Origin: a virus | Length of the DNA: 64,000 nt | Reading direction: 5' to 3' (one strand) | Virus record (IMG/VR): IMGVR_UViG_3300025141_017118 | Coordinates: 1 to 64,000 of that record | In this document: positions 56,076 to 64,000 of the stretch, piece after piece | Layout: every line of letters starts with the position of its first letter | Numbering within the stretch: position 1 is the first letter of the stretch | The notes under the pieces: model-generated | Told to the model about the DNA's origin: nothing | Seen by the model: only the letters and a program-made list of their open reading frames with translations | Database searches by the model: none | Position numbers and translations under genes: made by a program

Positions 56076-58059
56076 CGAGATCATTCTCCAAAACAATATC
56101 GAGTGACATTACTGTCTCCTCTTTCTCTTCCGATAACAAGCCGTCCTTTTTAATACTTATGGCATTCGACAAGTTATTTAAAATTGTTTGGACTTCATTT
56201 GTCATCTTTGTGTTGGTGTCTATTTTCTTATCCAAGAAATCATCCATAAATGCCTCACTATTTTCGCCTAAAGGGTTGTTAAAGAAATCTTTATCAAAAG
56301 GACGATTTAGCGTGTCCTGTGTTCGTGCACGCTTGCCCACTGCTGTCATTTTTGCAAAATCCGGCATATGAGTTTTTGAAGCACCAGCAGTAGTTGTGCG
56401 GCGCTTCTCTATTGGTTCATTGAAAACATTTCGAATTTGATTATGTGCCTTTTGAGGGGCATCATCATCGTTCATTGACATTGCGGGAATCTCATCTAGA
56501 TCATCTAGATCCTCCAGCCCCTCACCTGAATCGCTTGTTCCGGGTAAGGCTGTCAACAGCTTTTCTTCATCCTTTATGTCGGCCGCAAATAGACCACCTT
56601 CCTCATCTCCACCGGCTTCATCTCCTCCGGTGTCACCAGCAGCGGGCTCAGCAGCTGCCGTTGCCTCAGTTGCTGCCGTTTCCAGCTCAGCGTCGCGGAC
56701 CTTGTCTTCTTCCTTGCCTTTCTCAATCTCTTCTATATCATAGTTGGTAAGTCCCATTACATTCTTTCGAATCCATCGACGATCAACTAGACCTTCTGGG
56801 GCAGTACCTGCAATTTCAAACTTGGTACGTATTAACTCAAGCTTTTGTTGCTGTGCGATTGATGAAGGGTTAGATAGTTTAAGATCAAAATCGACCAAAT
56901 CATCACCCTCATAGCCATGACAAAATAAATGAATCATAGCTAGTTTATTAAGCTCAGCAATCACGGTCTTTTGAATTCGTTGAATCGTTCTAGAAAAGCG
57001 AATATCCTCCTGTGCAAGAGTTGCCTTAGCACCGACCTCTTCATCATATCCCAGATATGCTCTAGGTATCTTTAGGGCCGCGAAGAGCTTTTTTTGGATA
57101 TACTCTACATCTTCTATGGCAGCCGTATTCTGGCCACCTGCTAGAGTATCAATCCTGGTTCCAGACTCGCCGCCACGTACTGGTAAAAAATAATCTTCAT
57201 CAACAGACAACGGGTTGTATCTTAAATCTACCTGGCCTGTTGATTTATCAATTACCTGGTTTCTTTTTAGTGATGTCTGTGCTTGCTCAAGGTATTCGCC
57301 CACGTTTTCCGGAGGAACATTTCCTACATCAATATAAAATACCCTACGCTCAGGCGCGCGGATTACGCGATAGACCAGCATCGCATCTTCTATTAAAATA
57401 AGCTGGCGCCAAATTCTCCTCGAAGACTCTAGTACTGACGATCCGTATGGTAGGAATGCATCATTACCTAAGAGCCTAAAGTGGGATATTTGCCAGTTTT
57501 CTAAGACTGTATTTCCCTGTGTGAGCCACCTAAATCGCACGGCAGACGGATTGTTAGGATCAAAGCCCTCTTCACGCTCTATCTCTGAAATTGCTATAGG
57601 AAATGCGTTGATGACTCCGTACTCCGGAGAAACATCATTGAACAGAAAGAAGTCACCATACTTGCATAAGTTTCTTATCCACATGCATAAATTAAACTCG
57701 ATGTTTAAAGTATCATAAAAAAGTTCATCTAATATCTCCTGGACCATCCTATTCTCAGAATAAATGTGTAACATCCTACCCCGATCATCCGGGGATGCAG
57801 TCTCTTCCGCATATATGTCTAATGCAGACGCAATCTCCGGTGTGGCCTCCATTTCACTAAAGTCACTGTATCGTGACATTCTATCGAATGCACCGTATGC
57901 GCTTAACGTACTATTGTAAACGTCACTATGCGCCCTTCTAAATATTTCCAGGGCGGTGGATGCCATTGGTTCATTAAAGTTTCTAACTTTTCTTTTAACG
58001 ATTGGGCCTGCCCTGAATAACTGGGTCAGTCTCTGAAATAGTGATTGTTTTCTAGCCAT
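56068..58059 (-). CDS. Portal protein (T4 gp20-like)
   Basis: PEIASALDI, EDAMLVYRVIRAPERRVFYIDVGN, EDYFLP.RG...T.IDTL.GG, ALKIP. Confidence 0.95.
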   Translation of the reverse strand: MARKQSLFQRLTQLFRAGPIVKRKVRNFNEPMASTALEIFRRAHSDVYNSTLSAYGAFDRMSRYSDFSEMEATPEIASALDIYAEETASPDDRGRMLHIYSENRMVQEILDELFYDTLNIEFNLCMWIRNLCKYGDFFLFNDVSPEYGVINAFPIAISEIEREEGFDPNNPSAVRFRWLTQGNTVLENWQISHFRLLGNDAFLPYGSSVLESSRRIWRQLILIEDAMLVYRVIRAPERRVFYIDVGNVPPENVGEYLEQAQTSLKRNQVIDKSTGQVDLRYNPLSVDEDYFLPVRGGESGTRIDTLAGGQNTAAIEDVEYIQKKLFAALKIPRAYLGYDEEVGAKATLAQEDIRFSRTIQRIQKTVIAELNKLAMIHLFCHGYEGDDLVDFDLKLSNPSSIAQQQKLELIRTKFEIAGTAPEGLVDRRWIRKNVMGLTNYDIEEIEKGKEEDKVRDAELETAATEATAAAEPAAGDTGGDEAGGDEEGGLFAADIKDEEKLLTALPGTSDSGEGLEDLDDLDEIPAMSMNDDDAPQKAHNQIRNVFNEPIEKRRTTTAGASKTHMPDFAKMTAVGKRARTQDTLNRPFDKDFFNNPLGENSEAFMDDFLDKKIDTNTKMTNEVQTILNNLSNAISIKKDGLLSEEKEETVMSLDIVLENDLDE

Positions 58060-58117
58060 CTTTAACCTTTTCGTGCTCTTAATATCATTTTAATTAAATT
58101 CATAATTTTGAATTGTA

Positions 58118-59455
58118 CTATATTTCCGCCGCATGTGTATTATATCCTTTTGATCGGAGGAATTTCGCCAGTGAGTGTGTTTGACCCTCTTTTGTTAACG
58201 GTATCGGTACCTTATAATATAATATCGTACGTGCGTGGTGGAAAAGCGCAGTGCGCGACTTTCGCGGGCTTATAGGACACGCCACGGGCATGCCCTCACC
58301 CTCTGCTATCACGGTCAAGTCAGGTAGAAACATAAATTCCTCAAAAAAATTATCGTCCCATGGTACACGGTCCATGCGGAGGAGATGGAACGGGCGTGGC
58401 CAATCAGGCCATTGCCTCTTAAACGTTGTCTTCCCGTTTTCAGTTTTTAACTCAACACAACATGCGGTTCCCCTAAATATAAATTTTTGATCATCAACAG
58501 CATCACGAAAGTATCCTGTGCCGTGTTGATAGTCAAAATACCGGCGATTCAAAGTATAAAATGATGTAGATATGCGGTGAATCTCCTTATGGTATAGCCC
58601 TATAGAAGCTGGTGACATTTCTGCCAGCGAATGAATGTTAATGACGATATCGATCGCCTTTGATTCTATCTTAGGGATATCATGGGCGCCTATAAACCAG
58701 ACCCCGGGATTATCATCACCGGTGGCCAGTAATGTATCTTTGTCTATCGTGTCCAGATCCCTATTGTCCATATAGCTGTGTATCTTCTCACCAGGTAAGG
58801 TTTTAGGTAAGTAATTACTAGAAACAACTAAAGACTCAGGAAGATCACACGCCACATAACAGATCAGCGGATTGGCTTTCTTTAATATGTATCCCATTCT
58901 ACCCCATCCCGAACCTAGGTCTAATACCGTAGTTCGCTCAGATAATATATGAGGAGCACATCCTATAATTGACAGCACACTCCACATTGATAAGACGTGA
59001 TCCCATGTTAATAAAACACCCTTGTACTTAAAAGAATCGGTTGTTGGGTATGCATCAATTTGTGTTACAGTGTCAGCATGTGGTAGTGTACAACACAAGT
59101 CGTACAATGACATTACTGATTTTTTCCAAGCAGGTGTGTTAGGCTTATCCGTGAGTATACCTTCACGGAGGGACTGATATTGTTTAACCTTATAAATAGA
59201 GTCAACCAGGTTTTTGTAATAAATGTTATAAACATCGGAGCTTGAGGGTCGCATCGAATAATGTGAATTAATGTTCAACGAGGGGACATCAACAATTTGT
59301 TGTGGCGTCATATTTTCAATATAAGGTTTTATCTTTTCCGTAGGTGACCACTGATCGTTGCGAAAGGGTTCTCTTGCGTTTAGGGCATCGGCCTTCATAG
59401 TGGTATAGAGCTCCATGATGCTACTCTTACCTATCTCGTCACGCATGCGTCTCAC
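58118..59455 (-). CDS. SAM-dependent putative sugar O-methyltransferase
   Basis: VLDLGSGWGRMG (motif I), CDLPESL, INIHSLAEM. Confidence 0.7.
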   Translation of the reverse strand: MRRMRDEIGKSSIMELYTTMKADALNAREPFRNDQWSPTEKIKPYIENMTPQQIVDVPSLNINSHYSMRPSSSDVYNIYYKNLVDSIYKVKQYQSLREGILTDKPNTPAWKKSVMSLYDLCCTLPHADTVTQIDAYPTTDSFKYKGVLLTWDHVLSMWSVLSIIGCAPHILSERTTVLDLGSGWGRMGYILKKANPLICYVACDLPESLVVSSNYLPKTLPGEKIHSYMDNRDLDTIDKDTLLATGDDNPGVWFIGAHDIPKIESKAIDIVINIHSLAEMSPASIGLYHKEIHRISTSFYTLNRRYFDYQHGTGYFRDAVDDQKFIFRGTACCVELKTENGKTTFKRQWPDWPRPFHLLRMDRVPWDDNFFEEFMFLPDLTVIAEGEGMPVACPISPRKSRTALFHHARTILYYKVPIPLTKEGQTHSLAKFLRSKGYNTHAAEI

Positions 59456-59573
59456 CTCACCACACTATAAATGTATTTACAAGTATATTTCGCCAGCATG
59501 TTTTTTATACTGAAAACTTGGAGAAAGTTTAAACAAGAGTTATAGGGACCAGCCGGTATTACCATAATATAAT

Positions 59574-61172
59574 TTAAAGCAGCCATGACATATCACCATA
59601 AACTGGATGAATTGAACCTGACGTTTCAGGTAAACTATTCATGACGATTGGTCGCCGGGGATCCATTCGCCTATGAACAAATGGACTGCGAGGTGATATA
59701 TTGTCATTTTTGTTATTAACCCCAAACCCATCTAGCATAGCCTTATTAAGATCTGAGGTATTCTTACTATAGTAGACATTCGTGTCATATAACCACACAC
59801 CTATCGCCAACGCCATAACTAGATCATCATTTTTACCTTTCATTGCCTGGGCCTTAGAACCCTTCCAAATAAATGTTTTCATCTCTTCGTAAAGGCGTGA
59901 TGAATAAAGCTTAATCTGTTTGTTTCTAATTACCTCTTCCAATTTTGTCAATATCTGATTTCTGCTTTGGCCAGAAGTTGTAAACCCGATTTTGTGTAAA
60001 TTAGAGTCTGAGGTGTACATGCTGGCAAACTTGTCCTTGGGGTTTTTGTAATAAAGGTTCGGATAGTTCAGTTCTGATAGTTTCATCACAACAGCGTAGC
60101 CGTACGTATTATTTTCCGGACATAATAATGCATTATTGTATCTTTTGGCCGCCTCATTTAATAGTATTGCAAATTGATCCGGGGGTACTTTTCCCTTATA
60201 CTCTGCGACGACCTCCGACTCATTAACATCTATTACATGAAATGTTGAATAATCAGCAGCATCACCCCTTGCAACATCAGCCGATATTACATAGTCATGC
60301 TCAGTGAGTGAGTATTTCCACACCCACACACCCATGTCAGGACCCCATCGTTCTAGAGGTTGACGAACTGATGTCCTTATAAAATCTAAATCCTCTGCAC
60401 CTAGATAGGTCTCTCCAGAAGCGGCAAAATCGCACAAGAGCTCTTGTGCGATTTGCTTTTGGCTCATATTCTTAGTTTCAGTCTCAAACCACTCGTCATC
60501 TCTCTCCGGATGTACGTCCCAAGGAAGCTTTATAGGATTAAACTCATTCTCGCCAGCTTCGGCTTTTACATATAGATCATAGTATTGGCCACCGACACCA
60601 TTAGGGGTTGAAAGCACGATGGCGCGACCACCTGTTGACAGCGTAGGATAGAGGCCCATCCACAACTCATCAAAGTTTCTGACAAATGCGGCCTCATCGA
60701 CGATTAGTAATGTTAGAGCTTCTGAACGACCTGCATCATCCGAAGTAGGAATAGCCTTGATTTGAGAACCATTGCTGAATTCTATACTTTGCTTATTATT
60801 TGAAACAATTTCAGGAAGAATAATCCACGGAGGCAAGTTCCTTAGAGCAACTTTCACTTTTTTAATAAAATTCATTGCAACGCTGAGCTTTGTTGCAATA
60901 ACTAAGACATTTTTATCTTTATAAAAAATTGTTTGCCAGACGGCATATGCAGCGCTTAACGTTGATATCCCTAGCTGCCTGGACTTTAAGATAATATTAA
61001 AGCGATTCTCAACGAATTGTTCCACACATTCATCTTGAAACTTGTATGTGTCAAATGACACGAGGCCCTTAGTTGGATGTTGAATCTTTACGTACTTATT
61101 TAAAAAATAGGTTGGATCCTTACCACACTTTACTATTTCTTTTATCTGTCGTTGTTTGTTGTTGGGTGCCAT
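59574..61172 (-). CDS. Terminase large subunit (T4 gp17-like)
   Basis: KSRQLGIS, LIVDEAAF, STPNG, ADVARG...DYS, DDLVMALAI. Confidence 0.95.
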   Translation of the reverse strand: MAPNNKQRQIKEIVKCGKDPTYFLNKYVKIQHPTKGLVSFDTYKFQDECVEQFVENRFNIILKSRQLGISTLSAAYAVWQTIFYKDKNVLVIATKLSVAMNFIKKVKVALRNLPPWIILPEIVSNNKQSIEFSNGSQIKAIPTSDDAGRSEALTLLIVDEAAFVRNFDELWMGLYPTLSTGGRAIVLSTPNGVGGQYYDLYVKAEAGENEFNPIKLPWDVHPERDDEWFETETKNMSQKQIAQELLCDFAASGETYLGAEDLDFIRTSVRQPLERWGPDMGVWVWKYSLTEHDYVISADVARGDAADYSTFHVIDVNESEVVAEYKGKVPPDQFAILLNEAAKRYNNALLCPENNTYGYAVVMKLSELNYPNLYYKNPKDKFASMYTSDSNLHKIGFTTSGQSRNQILTKLEEVIRNKQIKLYSSRLYEEMKTFIWKGSKAQAMKGKNDDLVMALAIGVWLYDTNVYYSKNTSDLNKAMLDGFGVNNKNDNISPRSPFVHRRMDPRRPIVMNSLPETSGSIHPVYGDMSWLL

Positions 61173-61546
61173 TAAACATCAACTTGCACATCCACAAAAC
61201 GTCGATAGCATGCAATCTTTCGAGGTGAATTTGACGTGGCCTGTACTAACTCTAAATCATCTCTTGATGAAAGCTCATTAATTTTTAATGTGTTATCTGT
61301 TATGTCACGAAAGTCTTTCTTTAAATTGCTAAGTTTATTTTTTAGTCTCGCAATAGACTCTTCGGCAACAAGGTTGACCTGATCTCTCATACTTCTTTCG
61401 CACGCAAAATAAACCATGGTACTAAATTTTAACGAAAGAACGTCACCCTGTAGTGTGCCTGTTACGGTCGAAGTTCCTCCGCCACTTTTTCCAAACGTTG
61501 TGTTTAAAAGATTCCCTAATATGTTAACGTCATTTGTGCTTAGCAT
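61172..61546 (-). CDS. Hypothetical protein upstream of terminase
   Basis: AGGAG RBS; ATAATTAT motif upstream; stop overlaps the terL start. Confidence 0.65.
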   Translation of the reverse strand: MLSTNDVNILGNLLNTTFGKSGGGTSTVTGTLQGDVLSLKFSTMVYFACERSMRDQVNLVAEESIARLKNKLSNLKKDFRDITDNTLKINELSSRDDLELVQATSNSPRKIACYRRFVDVQVDV

Positions 61547-61583
61547 TTATTGCTCCTTACTGGTATAATAATTATGCCTATCT

Positions 61584-61883
61584 TTATATATCTGCTATAT
61601 AGCTGTACTGTTCTTTTCTCTTTTTGACTAAAGTATCAATCCGTTCCTGAGCCGGCCGCCAGCCCTCTTTCCATTTCTCACGGTTGGGCTCGGCAAAATA
61701 TGATGAACAAATTGAACAACACCCAAACTCTCTAAACTTAATTATATCTCCCTGATCCCTCATTAAATACTCACATATAGGGCAGCACAGAGGTACTGGA
61801 TATTCGCTTACTGCGGGTGATACGATAAAAATGTCTTTCTTTTTTACCACTACTCTTTTGTCATTGCTGTCTTCTTTATTCAT
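61584..61883 (-). CDS. Small Zn-finger-like hypothetical protein
   Basis: CPIC...CSIC and W..GWRP. Confidence 0.6.
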   Translation of the reverse strand: MNKEDSNDKRVVVKKKDIFIVSPAVSEYPVPLCCPICEYLMRDQGDIIKFREFGCCSICSSYFAEPNREKWKEGWRPAQERIDTLVKKRKEQYSYIADI

Positions 61884-64000
61884 AAAGCACCCTAGTGTCA
61901 GTTTTTACTTTTGTAATATCTAGTACGTTATCAACGGCATCTTTTACGGCATCAACATGTGAAATTACCAATATATTTTTAAACCAGCGTTTTAGTGACC
62001 TAAGCAGACGGTTACACGCCTCAACGTTCATTTCATCCAAAGCACCAAATCCCTCATCGATCACCAGCAAGTCAGTTTTTGGTAGGGATGATATATTAAT
62101 TAGCGCCACCCGGATTGCTAATGAAGCAATCATTTTCTCCATTCCCGAACCACATTCTATTATTCGCCGAGAATCACCATAATTTATATAGATGTCCATC
62201 GCATTTGTGGATGGATCTCCTTCTAGTTCCACAGTAAACCCTACAACGTCCTGAAGAATTTTTGATATTTCACTATTGATGACAGGTAATTGATTTGTCA
62301 TTATCTGGAGGGGGATCCCCTTTTTTGAGACTGCATTCATAAAAAGTTCATAAACTCTCCACTTTGACATTAGCCCCTTGTATTTGTCTTGTTCCTCTTT
62401 AAGCTTTTCAACATCGGACGTCAATAAGCCAATCGACTCTGATAGTTGCATTCTTCTGGAGTCTAGCTTATTAATTTTGTCTGTTAACTCGTTAATAACG
62501 CATTTTAATTCATTAATCTCATGTGCATCATCGTCCGATGATACCCTAGTCGACATGTCATTTAACGTTATAATACCATCATCAATATTTTTTAAAAGCG
62601 TTGATGATCCTGTTTGTAGTTCATGTAATGAAACCGCGTGTTCCGATTGTTCAATTCTCAACTGTGCTTGCTGAGCTAGTATATCATCATATTTTGTAAT
62701 CTTTACCTGGAGATTTTCTAGTGCGTATTTCTTAAGTGACCCTTTTGTGACTTTTACACTTTCAGATATTGTTGAAATTAGCTCCGCCTGGGATTCAAGT
62801 AGCTTTTTATTTTTGTGTGAATCTTCAATAAACTTGCATGTGGGAAACATATCCCCACATGGCACATCCTGTAATTTTTTTACAGACTTTTGCTGGTTCT
62901 TTAAAAGCGTACGCTCCTTCTCTAGACTATGTTGTAAGTTAACCAGTGATCTTTCTAGATTTTGTTGTTCTTCAAGCTGCATCTTTAAATCATCAATGGG
63001 AAACTGATTTTTAAGATCTTTAATCTTACTAAGTTTAAGACTTATTTCGTTAGCTTCACTTTCTTTCTCTGCTATCTTTTTTAAAAGCTTTTTTCTCTCA
63101 AACTGCGCTGATTCTATCTTTTCCTTATGGCGATCAATGTCGGCATCGGTAATGAGATCCTTGTTTTTGTTGGTCGCTAGTGAGATGTTAAGCTCTTGTA
63201 GCCGGAGCCGGAACTTACTTAATGCTGTATCAACCTCGTTTCTATCAATTTCCTTTTGTTTTTGAGATGTTTGTTTCTCTAAGATTGCAACATCCCATTC
63301 ACGATCAGGAGCATCTTTTATTAGTGACTTAATAGATGATGAATTTTCCTTTGCTAGGTTAAATAAACTCTCGAATATATTGAGATCTAAAAAAGATGAT
63401 AAAATTCGCTTCCTCTCGGTCGCACGATGCTTTATAAAGGAATTCATCTCTCCCTGGCTAGCCAGGGATGTTAGTAAAAAATCCTCCGACGTACCTACCA
63501 ACTTCCTAATAACCTTTTCTGATTCTCGGCGTTGTTCTTCTGATACGTCTTGGATGACATTTCCTTCATCATCCACCCTCAAAACATTTAAGTGGGTTAC
63601 TGCATGGAGCAATCCCTTTCTAGTCTCATGTTTGACAGACTGCCTTTCTATCTGGTAATTTTGGCCATTTACACAAATCGTAACTCGCCCTAGACAGTAT
63701 CCCTTTCGAGAATTGATGATGTGTAAATTTTTGATAGGGCCACGATCAGTTGTGTTATAAAGGGTATACATGATGGCACCGGGGATTGATGACTTTCCAC
63801 TTCGATTTTTCCCAAATATACCTGTGATGCCTCCCAGTTTTTGAAAATTAATCCTATTTCCCTTGCCATATGCAAAAATATTATCAAACTCTAGGTTGCG
63901 AATAGACCATTTGATATTTCGTGAGGTATCATCATGTGCCAGCTGAGTCATGCAGTCGGTTGTAAGATCTTCTAACTTCTCCCAAACTTCATCATCTAAA
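61876..64000 (-). CDS. SbcC/Rad50-like ATPase (T4 gp46-like), 5'-truncated by the window edge
   Basis: Walker A GKNRSGKSS, Q-loop SQGE, candidate Zn-hook region CGDMFPTC, GSGMEK, Walker B LVIDEGFG, ISH; frame stays open to the window end. Confidence 0.9.
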   Translation of the reverse strand, partial: LDDEVWEKLEDLTTDCMTQLAHDDTSRNIKWSIRNLEFDNIFAYGKGNRINFQKLGGITGIFGKNRSGKSSIPGAIMYTLYNTTDRGPIKNLHIINSRKGYCLGRVTICVNGQNYQIERQSVKHETRKGLLHAVTHLNVLRVDDEGNVIQDVSEEQRRESEKVIRKLVGTSEDFLLTSLASQGEMNSFIKHRATERKRILSSFLDLNIFESLFNLAKENSSSIKSLIKDAPDREWDVAILEKQTSQKQKEIDRNEVDTALSKFRLRLQELNISLATNKNKDLITDADIDRHKEKIESAQFERKKLLKKIAEKESEANEISLKLSKIKDLKNQFPIDDLKMQLEEQQNLERSLVNLQHSLEKERTLLKNQQKSVKKLQDVPCGDMFPTCKFIEDSHKNKKLLESQAELISTISESVKVTKGSLKKYALENLQVKITKYDDILAQQAQLRIEQSEHAVSLHELQTGSSTLLKNIDDGIITLNDMSTRVSSDDDAHEINELKCVINELTDKINKLDSRRMQLSESIGLLTSDVEKLKEEQDKYKGLMSKWRVYELFMNAVSKKGIPLQIMTNQLPVINSEISKILQDVVGFTVELEGDPSTNAMDIYINYGDSRRIIECGSGMEKMIASLAIRVALINISSLPKTDLLVIDEGFGALDEMNVEACNRLLRSLKRWFKNILVISHVDAVKDAVDNVLDITKVKTDTRVLYE

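Noticed and set aside
61172-61883. Small terminase assignment for the genes upstream of terL
   Set aside because: Position fits, but no recognisable gp16-like motif; left as hypothetical.
1-64000. The many 60-160-aa plus-strand ORFs and nested minus-strand ORFs in the track
   Set aside because: All overlap well-supported minus-strand genes and show no family motifs.
1-64000. Stop-codon reassignment as seen in some large phages
   Set aside because: Core genes are full length under the standard code, and TAA, TAG and TGA all end genes at expected positions.
1-64000. CRISPR arrays, tRNAs, introns, inteins, transposases
   Set aside because: No spaced direct repeats or cloverleafs seen. TerL, RNR, helicase and RecA are uninterrupted and of normal length. 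Short RNAs could be missed by eye.

Overview
This window is part of a large T4-like (myovirus, probably jumbo) phage genome. Essentially every real gene is on the minus strand, and the plus-strand ORFs are antisense shadows. In transcription order (right to left) it holds: (1) SbcC/Rad50, terminase large subunit, an inserted sugar O-methyltransferase-like gene, portal, prohead protease, small head-region genes, phage-encoded ribosomal protein bS21, scaffold and major capsid protein; (2) a stand-alone PAS protein plus a holin-like membrane protein, neck/tail-completion genes, two tandem ~1140-aa tail sheaths, tail tube, a tail-assembly chaperone pair joined by a probable +1/-2 frameshift, tape measure and baseplate genes; (3) a replication/metabolism block with a short PolA, HD protein, SSB, RecA, 5'-3' exonuclease, DnaB, class II RNR, ClpP, both glyoxylate-shunt enzymes (aceB-aceA), an M15 peptidase, a secreted alpha/beta hydrolase and ThyX; (4) accessory genes whose products share an amphipathic 'LLREYIRxLLxE' leader. 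The leader looks like a capsid-targeting/prohead-protease-cleaved address tag on unrelated cargo enzymes, including one apparent polyprotein with three copies. The top leads are this tag system, the glyoxylate shunt and the tail-chaperone frameshift. All calls come from motif recognition by eye; no searches were run.
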